The notes under the pieces: model-generated
What the model was told of the DNA's origin: nothing
What the model saw: only the letters and a program-made list of their open reading frames with translations
Databases searched by the model: none
Translations under genes and position numbers: made by a program
Origin: Tubiluchus corallicola
Taxonomy: Eukaryota > Animalia > Priapulida
Assembly (NCBI GenBank): GCA_030141605.1
Contig: JAQGDQ010000067.1
Span: forward strand, 1 to 64,000
Direction: 5' to 3'
Length of the DNA: 64,000 bases
Shown here: positions 26,722 to 40,340 of the stretch, one piece after another
How the letters are laid out: each line of letters starts with the position of its first letter
Position numbering within the stretch: the first letter of the stretch is position 1

Positions 26722-28410
26722 TTATTTCCGACTTAAAACATCAGTAACAAGGTTTTGTGCACCAGTAATATGCTCAATTGTACAGCAGTATTCTGAAAGA
26801 ATGAGTGCCCAGTGACACAAACGTCTGTTATTCTTACGCATTTTTTGAGCGTAAACAAACTTCTTTGATCAGTGCGCAATGTAAACAGGCGGCCTTCTAA
26901 ATAGTAATTTAACTTCTGCACGCAAAATACAACACTCAGAAGTTCACGTTCAACTACAGAATATCTGACTTCGGTGGGTGTAAGCCTACGACTGACATAT
27001 GTGATGGGCACTTCTCCCAAGCCATCCATACGATCTTGTGTGAGCACAGCACCAATGTCCACAAAGCTGGCATCTGTAGTTAGGATAAATGGTTTCGAAT
27101 AATCAGGGGAATGTAGAACACTGTCAGAAGTATCCTGAAGGGTAAGAAAGCTCTTCTCACAAGCTTCTGACCAAGGTACTTGGGTGGGAGCATATTTTTC
27201 TGTTAAAGAATACAGAGGTGCAGCGACAGTGCTGAAGTTTTCAATAAAACGTCTGTAGAAGCCCACCATTCCTAGGAATCTAAGTACTTGAGTTTTTGTT
27301 TGTGGCAGCGGAAAATCACGTATTTGTTGTAGCTTCTTCTGTTGAGGTCGTAGGCGGTTCTTGCCTATAATGTATCCAAGAAAATTTGCCTCCCCCAGAG
27401 CAGTACTTGAGTGGCTTAACAGTCAAGCCTGCCTTACGAATGCAAGTAAGCATGTCATCTACATGTTCCAGGTGATGTGACCAATCTCGCGACTTGATTA
27501 ACACATCATCGATGTAGCCTCGTGAAGAATCTCTTGCGTTTTCTAAAACGCGGTCCATAAGTGACTGTGCAGTACTGGCAGCATTCTGTAAGCCAAAAGG
27601 CATGACGATGAACTCGAACTTACCAATATCAGTTACAAAAGCTGATATGGGTTGCGATTCAGGGGCAAGCTCGATTTGCCAGTATGCCTTGAACAAATCA
27701 AGTGTCGATATCCAAGCGACGTTGGGAAGATCATCGATTATATTGTCCGGGCGAGGCATTGGATATGGGTTGAAAATTATATGAGCATTTAACTGTCGGT
27801 AGTCAATAGTTGGTCGCCATTCGCCATGTGGTTTTGGCATGAGGTGTAGAAGTGAGGCACACTCGGACTCTGATCGTCGTATTACCCCTAAATTTAGCAT
27901 CTCTTGGAGCTCGCGCCAAACTATCTCTTTGCGGGATTGCGGCAGTCAGTAGGGATATAGTTTGACTGGTGTGGCATCCTTAAGGTGAATGTGATGACGA
28001 ACTACAGTAGTGCGACCTGGTAAATCCGTAAACATTTCCGGATACTTGTTAAAAATAGCACGAAGTTCTGTGCATTGTTGCTCTGATAGATCGTCTGGTA
28101 AAGTGACATCATTTACTGACTATGTGGTAATGGCTGTTGGCAAAAAGGCATAATCTGGAAGACCCCCAGGTTCCACTATTCCTTTGCCTAGGTTTGTTAT
28201 TGCCAAATCATTCATGTCATCTTCCTCAACATCTTCATCAACACAATATGCCATAACTTCACTCAAGTTTGTTTCATCATTGCCCAAGCTCATTGCTAAA
28301 ACGATCAGGGACTCTTCTCTGTCCACATATTGCTTAAGCTTATTGATGTGAACAATTCTAGTGTCCTTTCGTCTACCCTTCTTGCCAAAACAAACATTAT
28401 AAACAAACAA
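26722..28410 (-). mobile_element. Gmr1-like Gypsy pol remnant (IN C-terminus, then RT, then RH)
   Basis: RIVHINKLKQY lies upstream of RT (IDYRQLN, LDLFKAYWQI, MPFGLQNA, YIDD) and RH (TTDAS, ERELL), ending NLVTDVLSRK*. Confidence 0.8.
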
Positions 28411-30299
28411 ACATTGGTTGTAATGAGCTTGAAACGCATAGTGTTCACGTAATTATTAATGAAAAAAGTATCAATTGATACACGATTTTCCTGACGTTTT
28501 CTTAACTTATTTATAAGTACTTTTATATTTTTTATTGACTGTACATATTTTTACTGTAAACTGATATTTTTGCACAGTGTTTGCCGTATAATGCTTGAAA
28601 TCATGTGCGAGAAAATTGATATAATTTATTCAGGGGTTGAGATTTGATATGCTCTTCCAAGTTATGTAAAAGAAGGACCATGATACAGTGCCACTATAAT
28701 TAGACTAACAATACCATCAATAATAATATATTGTGTGTTCTTCATGCTTGTCTCTTACAAATGAACAGGAACGTGTTACACTTGGCGTGCGATAAAAGCA
28801 CAGTCCTACTGGGTTCTGTCTGGATCGATGGAGTACAGTAGCTGCTAACAGCACAGTGAATACTGAGCGGAATGGTGCGATGTTAAAAGGTAATGTTAAA
28901 ATGCATGGGCGAGACGGTGCTAACTAACAGAAAATATTATAACAGAATAGGTTAACGTAACTAGAGACTTATAATTCACTTCAGATATGCCTATACTTTT
29001 ATAATTCACTTCAGATATGCCTATACTTTTAATACTACGTTTTGCATTTTAATGTCTAATGAATATAGCCTGTTAATTAACTAAAATCAACAAGAGGTGA
29101 TTGTTTATTTACATTATTTGTTTTCAATACTTACCGAGGCTTATTAGTTCTAGGTACTGCGGAACTGCAAGCATTACATACATGTGGAGATAACGGCAAG
29201 AAAAACTCCATGTGGCACCGTATAACTTATTTGAAACCATGCCGAAAATCAAGAGCTACTTCATGACTTCTTCACATTACATATTATTTCAGTGATAATC
29301 TTGAATTAATCATACACTCAAGTAAATTTTTCTAATCAGTATACTACACCTGTACAAAAGATACAATGCCTGGATGATCAGTACTGAATGGCAATTTTTC
29401 ACAACCTAAAGGGAAGCCCTGTTGTGGCTGCTAGAGGCACATCAGCGACAGGCTTCGTCCAATCATAAATGACAACGCAGGTTGCCTGTTCTTAATATTA
29501 CAGCACAACCAGGCAAGCTGAGACAGCAGCAATTGACAGCAACGATGAAGGGGAAAAATTCGAATTGATCTGCTGCTGTTTTTGCAAGAGGGTCTACTGT
29601 AGATAAGTAGTAATCAATAAACTAAGATGGACTAAACGTTTCTTTTAGATTTAAAGCCACTTACATTTCGTAGGCATTGACCCACGATTTGAACCCTGCG
29701 TGGTCCGTCTACTGCTGCAAGAGCACGAATGGGATTGTATACGTGCGAGAATTTATAAAATTAAGCGAAACTGGTGAACGTCTTTGACTGTGTCAAAAAG
29801 TGCGTTAAAATTCTATTCCTATGTCAGGAAACGTGTTAAGTGACGGTTTTTTCGCAATAACATTATAACGTGCACTTAGTAGTGTTGTGCTTGACATTAG
29901 TAGTTTAAATGAAATCAAAATTTGTCACGTTTTCACCTGTGACTCGAGGTCAAGGCTCTGAAGGTCATAACATTAACCTTCACTAAATTGGTCATACTTG
30001 ATTACCTAGGAATACCGTTTCGTCTTTAACGAAATCAAAATCTATAGCTTTTTGGTCCATGATTTTGGGTCAAGGGATTAGACGAACATGAATTATTTAG
30101 TATGGCTCATCGAAGCTTTTTTATTAGATGTGTATAAACTGCTAAAATGGGAACTCGTTATTTTTGATTCAATTCGTCTCCTCAATGCTTTTCTTTGGAT
30201 AATATACCAGAGCTGTGAATCGAATGAATCGATCTCAAAATGAATTTCATGATCAGCGCCGCCTAGTATAGAGATGTTTGCACAGCCGCCATTACGGTG

Positions 30300-30980
30300 G
30301 CTATTAAAGGAAGGCTGTGTTAGAAGAACTTTTTATCAAAAAGAGGAAAACCTTTAAGATTGCAGGATGAGTTTGCTAGATGGATATGGAAGGCAATGGG
30401 ATGTAGCTGTGCAGCGATAAGAGGTGGAGTTGGATTTTCTTCCTTTATGGAGAGAGAGGCCCGCGCACGGTTAAAGTAGTAAAAAGAATTATTTTTATGG
30501 ATAATAATAATAGAGTGCAATGCTTAGGAGGATATGATCTAAGTGGATGAGAAGAATAAGTTTTCTAGTAGATAAACTTGGTTTGTCTAGTTTTTTAGTA
30601 ACGTTTTGGTGTTAGGTGAACTGACTTGTGATGGTTTACCACGGATATAAGTCTCAGTGAAAAAAGTTGGAATGCTTTAACTGACCGCACTAAGAGAGAA
30701 AAAAGCTTAGAATGGAGGACAAGGAAGCTTAAAAGCTTTTCTACCACGTAAAATCTCTACTACGCGGCGCAGGTGAGCCAAATTCTGTGGGAAATTGGAG
30801 TGATTCAGCTTAGCTCGTAGTAACAATTCATAAGCTTTGATTTTATAAACTACTATTGTACGACACTGGAAGTATTTGACTCCCCATCACCAATTTCGGT
30901 TTTTGTCTCATATCGAGCCGATCAATCTTGGCGTAAAGCCGTTTCACACTGATGAGGACGCAAGGAACATGTCGTTATTT
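30300..30980 (+). mobile_element. Possible highly decayed Penelope-like element with hammerhead remnant
   Basis: KAMGCSCA RT-like motif near 30390; ctgatgaggacgcaag..gaacatgtcg at 30949-30974. Confidence 0.35.
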
Positions 30981-31540
30981 ATGTTATCTAGAAAGAGCTC
31001 AGTTTGTGTCTTGTCATTTAAATTTGCGTCCCATTCTGTTTGATCTTCTCCCCTGTGTGTTATTATATTAAACACTGGATTAGGTTGTGCTAAGTTAAAT
31101 TCAGTTGTTTTGAATCAGTAAGCCTACTAGCCGTTTTTTGACAGTTTACGTTAAAATTTGTTCGCTGTTGATTAGGTCAACAGTTTTTGCGGATTGTTTG
31201 TCATTTCTTCTCCACTGAAATAATGGCGTCAACCACTTGGCGAGTTGCAGCATTCAAAGTCATTGATCAAGTTCCAGGTTCTTCTATGCACATTCCTTTG
31301 CCAGTGAACAATTCATGGGCAGCACAACGATGATACAATGTTGTTTCAATAGCTAGAAAAATGCTTCAAAGTGATATTCTCTATAATAAGCCTTTCTGTT
31401 TTACAAGCAAAAACTAAGTCACCGTGAAAGTTGTTGTTTTTTTTATTTGGACCTATATCCAACTTGTATAGCGCGTCCTAGCTATATAATAAAAATGTTT
31501 TGAGATGTTTTCTATGGTCTATAAAGAAATTGTTTCTCAC

Positions 31541-31660
31541 CCATTTCACATCTTGTTCCTATAAACGAAGTGTATGTACAGTCACACGTGTAATTAGTCC
31601 AATGCTGAACACATTCACCGTGGTTCATGCAAGAACTCTCATCACATTCTACATCTGCGC
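31541..31660 (-). CDS. Nrxn: alpha-neurexin exon, EGF3 (GADVECDESSCMNHGECVQHWTNYTCDCTYTSFIGTRCEM)
   Basis: tttacag acceptor, GTGAGA donor; 120 nt, phase 1/1; six-Cys EGF with CDC..TSF.G..C. Confidence 0.95.
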
Positions 31661-32549
31661 CTGTAAAAATATTAACAATGACAACAACGCACGTAATAAC
31701 AGCAAAAAGTAGGTGCTGAGAGAAGCACCCAGGTATAATAATTAATGTGTAATAACCAATCAAAAACATATCTGATTTGAATAGGTAAGTCATTATTATT
31801 AATTAACCCATTTTTTCCATATGGATGCACTATTCATCAACCTATTGTATGTATTAATACAATAGTACAATTTTTATGCCTTGAATAAAAGGTTCAAGGT
31901 CAGTGGACATTTGCTTTCGGCTGTATTCTTTAATAACTTCCAGTCTAATAGCTTGAGACATATAATTTATAGAATAGGCACTTATGATAAGTAAAGCGTA
32001 CACATTTGGCTGAACAGTTGGTCAGTTTTTGCTATCCACAGAGTCATGCAGCCTTTTTACATGATAGACAAGTACTCAAATAATGTTGCTCATGCATAAA
32101 TTAGTACTTATACAATAATACAAACTTTGTTGACTGTCAGCAACTTGACCTGTATTTTTAATTTGTAGTACAACATTGCGCAGATTACAGATTTCACTAA
32201 TCGAGCACTCGTGTTCCAGCTGCAGTTCACGGGTTCATGTGTTGCAGGATTTGACACCAAACTTGAAAAGCACGAAATATGAAAAGATTGGAAAACTTTT
32301 ATTTTTATTTATTAAAATACGACTACCTATATGTGGTTGCCGTTTACAGGAAAGTGACACTAATGTTATTTAACAAATACAGCTACAATTACATACAATT
32401 ACATTTAAAATTTACAATTATAGTTAGCAGCTACGGGATTATAATTTTTAAAAGTTTTAACACAGAAGTTCCCAATAAAAACTGTATTCTAATAAAATGT
32501 CAAGACATGTGTGCGTTTCTTCATGGGTCGTCGGGTTAGATGGTCCATC

Positions 32550-33000
32550 TCTTCTGGCCCAACTCGCTTACCTATAGTTGTTTTTTTACTACGTTGATTG
32601 TTACTACTTCTCTTATGCATTCTGTAAGCAGCTTCCAGATGTTTACTGGTCTATGGCTAAAGAAATTTCGACAACAAGCTATTTTCTTTTGGAGATCGCA
32701 ATTGGAACGCAATTCATGGTACTTAGAGATAGCCGATTCAGAATGTTCTCTACGTGGTGAGAAACTGAAGATTTTGCAGACAATAGTTAGAGCGTTAGGC
32801 CTTGAATTGATATCGTATAAGTTGCGCTTCAAAATGAAATCGGACCAGCTCGTGGCCGGTAGGTCAAAGGTCAACCAATCAGTCTAGCCACTTATACCAT
32901 TCAATTTACTTTACTGAAGCGTCTCATTAGATGTTTTACAACCTAGTGTTGCTTGGTGCTGCAGCATTTGTCTCGTCCGACCCTTATTTTGTTCCTTAGT
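32550..33000 (-). mobile_element. CR1-like LINE 3' fragment
   Basis: RNFFSHRPVNIWKLL...VVKKQL resembles the CR1 ORF2 C-terminus. Confidence 0.65.
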
Positions 33001-33817
33001 GGGAGCCAGAGGTCAACTAATCTCGACGTCGCTTATACCATTTGATTTGTCTCATTAATACATTTCGCTTGATGTGGTAAAAACTAGTTTCGGCATTGCT
33101 GATACGCAATGGCTTCGTGGCGGATCGAACCATCACAATATAAAGGAAGAGGTGAAAATAAATGGCTTTTCGCGGTCGTAACAATATTTATAAGCTGGTG
33201 TTATGAGTGTATTTAATATCATTTTTATAACAAACTATGTTTTTATTGTTCCAAGTTTGACATGCAGCTCCTGGATTTGTAGGATCATTGCCATGAACAA
33301 TTAACATGCAACAAAAGTGAAAGTCAACCCCTCAACTCATAACAAGCTTTTGTGACACGGGATTCATTGTTATGTTGAGATGTATTGTGAAATATTACAT
33401 TGGAACTTTGTTTAACTGTTTGTGTCATATCAGCAAAGTTTAAACTTCACTGTACACCTGCATACAAATGGAACCAAAACATCAATGGTTAAGAGGTAAA
33501 TAAATTTATTCCGGCTAGATTGAGCACTAGTGTATCCGCCGCTAGACCAAACCATACTGCAGTAAGAAAGAGATTCCCCGTTCAAATCGAGTCCGTATTA
33601 TAACTGTTTCACACTTCTTGTCTTCAAGTTTAGTGTCAAATTTTAGTGAGTTTGTATCATCATTTATAATATTCTTGACATTTAGATCATATTTTTAACA
33701 AATAATAATTAATTGCCAGAACTTTAACTTTTAAATTAGCGACCAATTTATGTATTCTTACTTATTAATGGTTATTTACACATTAAAAATAAAATCGATT
33801 AAGAGTATAATACTTAC

Positions 33818-34573
33818 CGCTGCAGCCATCGACGACATTCCACAAATCCCTTAATGATTCTTTAATCAAGTTAGGGTTCCTTTCATTTACAGACAACGAT
33901 GCAAAGCAACCTTGGAATCCGTGTTTAGAAAGCACCGCTTTGGATAAGTTAATGTAGGAATTTCTAGGCACTCCACCCACATAAAAAGGACCTGTGAAAT
34001 CTAATTGTTGTGCTTGCTTGATGTCTTTTGCTCTGGCGACCGTGCTATCAACTATGAGAGTACACTCGTCAGCACTAGGACGCATTATTGCTACGTCATG
34101 CCACCTGTAGTCTGATAATGACTTCCAAGTCATCGAGCGTACAACTTTTGGACCATCTCCAAAATCAAATGCTAAATGTATATGACCTTTCACTAACTCA
34201 ACTACGAAGAAGTTTTCATTACGGCCACGACTATACAGTAACAAGCCATTTTTGGCTAAAGTACGAAACTGAAAATATATGTTTAAATTTTTACGGGCAC
34301 TTAATCCTGGTATTGCTACATAAGTCGTAGGCGATAAATACGTCACGGGCCTTTGAATAATTAGATCCTTTTTTCCAAAATTCGCAGTAATTTCAAAATT
34401 ACTCATTTTGCCACTATAGGCCATTTCAAAAAACGGGTATCCGTTGAAGAGCAGCTGTTGCATATGACCAACAAAATCTGACATGCTCGGTGTGCTACTA
34501 TCGTTACCGTGTGAAGAATAGCCTACTTCTATGGTTTGAAACTCCAGCACAGAATGATTACCTGCGATTTCAG
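33818..34573 (-). CDS. Nrxn: alpha-neurexin exon, LNS4 end plus whole LNS5 (AEIAGNHSVLEF...HGFQGCFASLSVNERNPNL...VVDGCS)
   Basis: Within ORF 33783-34583; tttttag acceptor, GTAAGT donor; 756 nt, phase 1/1; GFQGC.ASL motif. Confidence 0.95.
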
Positions 34574-34824
34574 CTAAAAACAATTAAACCAATGTTAAAG
34601 AACATATTGATAAACTTAATTAATGCGGAGCACATTTTATCAATACTGCCTGGAACATAGCTATCAGCAAATTATGGAACCCACGCTTAAATTTTACCCC
34701 ATGTTGTTGGCACCCTTCAACCAAATAAGCACTTTGCAAAACGGTTCATTAAGTTTTATATCTTGTACTTAGCAGTAGTAGTAATATGGCAGTTAATTTT
34801 ATAACCAAACACATTGTTATTTCT

Positions 34825-34943
34825 TACAGTAACAGTTACAGTTACAATAACAATTACAGTTACAGTTACAGTTACAGTTACAGTTGCAGTTACAGTTACA
34901 GTTACAGTTACAGTTATAGTTAATGTTATAGTTACAGTTACAG
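34825..34943. repeat. (GTTACA)n hexamer repeat, probably a LINE tail on the minus strand
   Basis: Read directly; follows AATAAA on the minus strand. Confidence 0.9.
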
Positions 34944-36267
34944 TTTACTTTATTTAACGCCGGTTTCGAGTATAAAGAAGATTAGTCTGTAAAGACTATT
35001 TTCCGACATAAATACACAAAGCCTAATATCCCGAATAGAACATTATTTAGTCGAAATACATTAAATCACTGTAATCTAAAAAATTAAAACAGAAGCATGC
35101 ATACGAAAAAAGCTCATTTATAAGATTAAGGGAAAGATGGCTAAAAGATAAATTAGTGCCTCGAGTGAAAAAAAAAACATTCAAATAATTAAAAATGATG
35201 TGAATTCAATGATGGGTTTTATCTTGTATGAAATTATTAGTGAAAACGACACAACTTTGAAAAAAGTCCTTAGAAATTCTTTCCTTTTGTTTCGCAAGAT
35301 TACGAAAGGACTCGATATGAACACCTACACAGTTAGCTATAATAAATCTAGTCAAAGACTGAGCCAATCGTCTAGAAATAGGGTTTTTAATTTTTTGTAA
35401 AAAAGTCAGTTGGGGGAAATGGTAAAGCATCCGTGTTTTGAATTATTTCGCTACATTCACGTTTGTATATACCAGTAGTTGTTCATTCTTGTCTGTATTT
35501 TTACGTGCTATATATATATTTAATTTATTTTACATATAACTTAATTATCTATTTTTAGTTGAACCATTAATGTATTTGTGTATTTGTTCAACTGCTGTTA
35601 ATAAATAGTAATAAATGCTGTTATTAGTAATATAAATAATAATAAAATAAATGAAAAGCAAATAAATAAAGAAATTCTGAATAAAATCTGGCATTTGGGC
35701 ATTAAATTAATTAATTTAAATCTCAAAAGTTCTACTTATTCCTCAGTATTCAAATATACTTTTGCCTTTTAATGTTCCAATGTTTGTAAACTGATCATTA
35801 ACATATTCATTTTTGGCTCATTTGTAAGTAAAAGAAAATGTCAAACATCGCATGGATATTAGGGTTTTGTATTTATGATGGAAAATGGTCTTTACAGTCT
35901 AATGTTCTTTGTATTACCAACTGATGTTAAATAAAGTAAACCGTATCTGTAACTATTTTACTTTCTAAGGCCAATGGCAGATGTGCCGTTTTTCATCTAC
36001 TGCTCAAAGCTTGTTGCTAGACAATTTTCAAGAATAAAATTGCCATTTTGTAGAAAGCTACTGCAAGTTTCTTGTAGTAAAAAAGAAGAAGAAATGAATA
36101 TATAAAATCGCATAAATCTAAGCTGACACCAGTCAGTACATGTGTTTATATACCAGCATTTTCCTCCGTAGTTCTCTTTATTATGTGTGCTTTTGTCTGT
36201 ATTTATATTTTTGTTATTTGTTTGTACGAATTATAGAAAGAGACAGAAATAAAATCTGAATTTATAC

Positions 36268-36376
36268 CCGACTGTGGACTATCTTCGTCAACTTGAAGCT
36301 CGATTGCACGTCCTCGTCTTCGTACCCGGGTAACGTGCCATTGGTCATCATTAAGGCCGTGTCCAGTTTCAAGGAT
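36268..36376 (-). CDS. Nrxn: alpha-neurexin exon, LNS4 (ILETGHGLNDDQWHVTRVRRRGRAIELQVDEDSPQS)
   Basis: Translated by hand; atgtag acceptor, GTATAA donor; 109 nt, phase 0/1; LND..WH..RV.RRG motif. Confidence 0.92.
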
Positions 36377-36835
36377 CTACATACGTTAAAACCATATCAT
36401 TAATATGGAAATAAATTTACGCACAATAAATTCATTGTTATTGTCGTTACATATGTTATATATACAATAAAACCAGGTATACATATGTTATATATACAAT
36501 AAAACCAGGTAAAGTGTCTAAAATAGCTCCTACACATTTCCTAGGCGTTATATACAGCGCGAAAGTCTCTCTAGGAAAGTGTGTAACTACTAGACTTAAG
36601 TATACGTTTCCTAGGCATTTTATAAAATGTCGAAACTGTTTTAGTTAATACAGAAATAAAAAAGGTTCAATTGTTCTGATTTAAGTTTCCTAGGCATTTT
36701 ACATAACGCCAATTTTATTTTAGGGAATGTGCGAAATTGAACCAAGTATGTTTCACTGCGCTTGCAAATTTGTGATTTATTGCTTTGCTTTTTCTCCTGT
36801 CTGAGTATTCTGTCATTCCCCTTCAGTGGTGGACG

Positions 36836-37044
<209 letters not shown>

Positions 37045-37619
37045 ACAATTCCTAAAATACACAAATTATGCGCTAATTATAATTATACACTAGGATTATG
37101 CACAAATATTTTATTTTTGCTAATCTTTCAAATATTTATGTTTATTGATTTTCCATAAAATTAATATTGCATAATTAATTACTTGCAAATTAGAAATATA
37201 AAACACCGTCCAAGTGCAATATAATGTTAGTAAACACTGAGCTGTTATGATAAACAGAACCACAAATATGTAAACACATCTGCACTGCCAAAAGCAATAG
37301 CACATTACTGGATCAGATTACATTACACCAGTTTAAATAGGTACCTCGCAATAGGTACCTGACCAATGGTTAGTCAATGCTGACCAATGGGCGGATGACG
37401 TCACGATGATTGACAAATGACGGTCACTGTGGGTGGATGCCGTAGTGATCATTACATATAATGATCACTGTGGGCAGATGACGTCACAGTAATTGAACAG
37501 TCACAGTGTAACGACGACACATTATCGCACAAAAAATTGGCAAATGGCAAGAGAATATCAACCACAAGACATATATGATGATGAAGTATATGATGGGAGA
37601 CAGGTTGAAACACAAATAG

Positions 37620-40340
37620 TTTTCCACCTCGGATTGATAGTATTTTAAATCGTCTAAAAGGAGAAACTATTTTTACTGTTTTGGACCTCAAAGTGCTTAT
37701 CATCAAATTCCAATGGAAGAATAGTGATCTTCAATCAGCCCTGGGTGCAATTAACTTATGGGCTAATGAGTGGCAACTAGCCATACCGAAATGTAATGTC
37801 AACCAGTGCATTGAGGTAGCTACTAAAGCCAATAGAATTACAAATATGTTGTTTAGAATGTTTTCTACTGATGATATATTGTTAAAATAGTTCAAAGTTG
37901 TAAAGTATTGCTCTACTAACCAGTCTGGAATCCAGCTTTATTAGGTAATGTTGACCCAATATAGAAAGTGTACAGCGATACTTAACTCGACGCCTGTTGT
38001 ATAGATGTAACTTAATGTATATGCCATATTCTAAGCGTCTGGAGATTCTGCATCTAAAATCTTTAGAGGAGAGATGCATTCAAAAAGATTTAGCTTTATG
38101 CTGCCAAATTATTCATAGAGAAGTTGATGTTGACTTTGACAAATTTTTTCCCCGTGTATTTTGCAATAGAACAAGGCAAAATCATGATCTGAAGCTTTTT
38201 TGCTCGAACAGCTGATGTATCATATGGTCAGTTTTTCTCAAATCGAGTTGTACCGATTTGAAACTCATTGCTTGCATATGTTGATGGTGCACCCCTTGTA
38301 ACTGCACAAAATATTTAGTTATTTAAAAGCCGCTTACATAAAGTTAACTTGCATAAATTTCTTGTAAACAATAAACACATGCAAGCAGTTTGTGTCTTTA
38401 CCACACTCTTGTAAGTACTTTATTTGTATGTTTTTTGCCAACGTGTCTTACTAATATTGTTTTTATTGTAGACCGTATTTTACTATTGGGTGTGAATAAA
38501 ATAAAATAAATAAATAAGAAAATTCCGGAGATTACACAACATTTACAGCCTATGATAGCAGTCTATAAATTTAATACATGTCCTTTCGAAGCTACTAACT
38601 CTCCGTTGGCATTTCTTAAGTTAGCTCAAACTTTGGTCTAAAGATTTAGTTACAGAAGATAGGAGACAGGTTTCATAGTTTATTGACGGTTTATTGCTTT
38701 CAAGCCCAGATGTTGAAGCTCATGTTGAAAAGACTTACAGGATGTTTTTCGACAGATTAAGAAAAGCAAATCTGAAGTGTCACCCTCGGAAATGCAAATT
38801 TTTAACTGAGTTGAATATTTCGGATATGTAGTGACGCTCGTAAGCATTCAGATTTAGCCAGAAAAAATAAGGGCAATTAAAAACTTTGATTTACCAAAAA
38901 ACTCTAAAACAAGTTAAAGCTTTCGTGGGAATAGCAAAAATTTATAGAAAATTTATACCTGATTTCACCACAAAGGCTGAGCCACTTTTACGATTACTTA
39001 GAAAAGGACTCAAGAAAGAAATCAAGCTTTTTGCGACTTAAAAATGCATTGGTTAAGGTAGTAATCCTCAGATTCCCTGACCCTAATAAAGCTCATACAG
39101 CCCATACAGACGCGAGCGATTTTGCCAATTCGACAGTGATACAGCAAAGTGATACTGATGGTACTTAGAGAACCAATCCTTATTTATCACAATCATTGTC
39201 AACCCCGCAATGTAACTGGCTGACTATACAGAAAGAAGCTTATGCAATATTCACGGCATTTAAGAATTCAAATCTTATTTGTCTGGTTTGAAGGTAGATG
39301 TCAATTGCGATTAGAAACATTTACGTTATCTTTTTATGTAAAATTGTATGGGCAATCGCCTGCTACAATGCTGATGATGGCATTGTCAGAATTTGACTTC
39401 ACTTTACATTACATACTTGGAAAACAAAATGTAGTGGCAGATGGGCTCACACAAATGAACCCAGTGCCGGAAACTCCAACAACTGGATTGACATTCAGAG
39501 AATGCCAAAAACAATTCGATTTGCAGAACACTCAATGGAATATAGATAAATACCTAGCAGAAATGTAAATTGAACTAACTGATTGAAAAAACAACGTCTA
39601 GACGAATTAGAACTAAATAATGATGATAGTCAAAATGAAACTGACGAGGATAGCTTTGTACAGAGCAAAAAAGAATTTTGAAAATCTTTTAACATTTGTT
39701 GAGTAACATTTCGCAAAGTATAGATGGCTTTTTCATTTTTAATCACTTTTACTAAAGAAATGTTAACTAATGCAGCACTAGATTGCAAAATTGATTGCGT
39801 TTATTGCTGAACGTTATGAACAGAAGTTAATAAGTCTTCGACCCACAAAAGGTAACAGACTTCGTTTGAAATGATGTATATGAATGTGAACTTCTGTGCT
39901 ATCCGTTAACTGTTATTTCAATAGTTTCCTGTGTTCCTGAAGTCTTATTCGTAATTATTTCAAATGGTGTAACTATTTAATTCGAAACAATCTTAATGCA
40001 TTGATTTCTTCACGTGCGACGTAAGTATTGGCAGACCATAATATTTTCAGAACCCTTGCCAACAATGACAGATTATTTTGCGAATACAATTCAAATATTT
40101 GACCGTGACCTGACCGATCTAGATATTGCTGCTATAAACGATTTAATGTTACAACGCGTACCGCAGACCTTAATACTGCCGCATAACATGCAACAGACTT
40201 TATCTCAAATTAGTCTTGAATTACCGGCAAACTTAGTTTTAACTGCATCAAATGAAAATGCGATAAATTTTTATTAAAGCCAAACTAGTTTTGACTGACC
40301 AAGGTTCTGCTATCTTGATGGCAGTACCACTTTAAGTACC
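37620..40340 (+). mobile_element. Decayed Gypsy element (RT-RH and env-like remnant), interrupted by a CR1 fragment
   Basis: PPRIDSIL, AYHQIPM, FDRLRKANLKCHPRKCKF, FYRKFIPDF, HTDASDF, QKEAYAI, GKQNVVADGL; env-like ORF 40014-40277. Confidence 0.75.
37722..38515 (+). mobile_element. 5'-truncated CR1-like LINE with (TAAA)n tail nested in Gypsy RT
   Basis: WANEWQL, YSKRLEILHLKSLEER, FFSNRVV motifs; flanked by aagaa direct repeats, where the paralogous copy near 25225 is uninterrupted. Confidence 0.8.
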
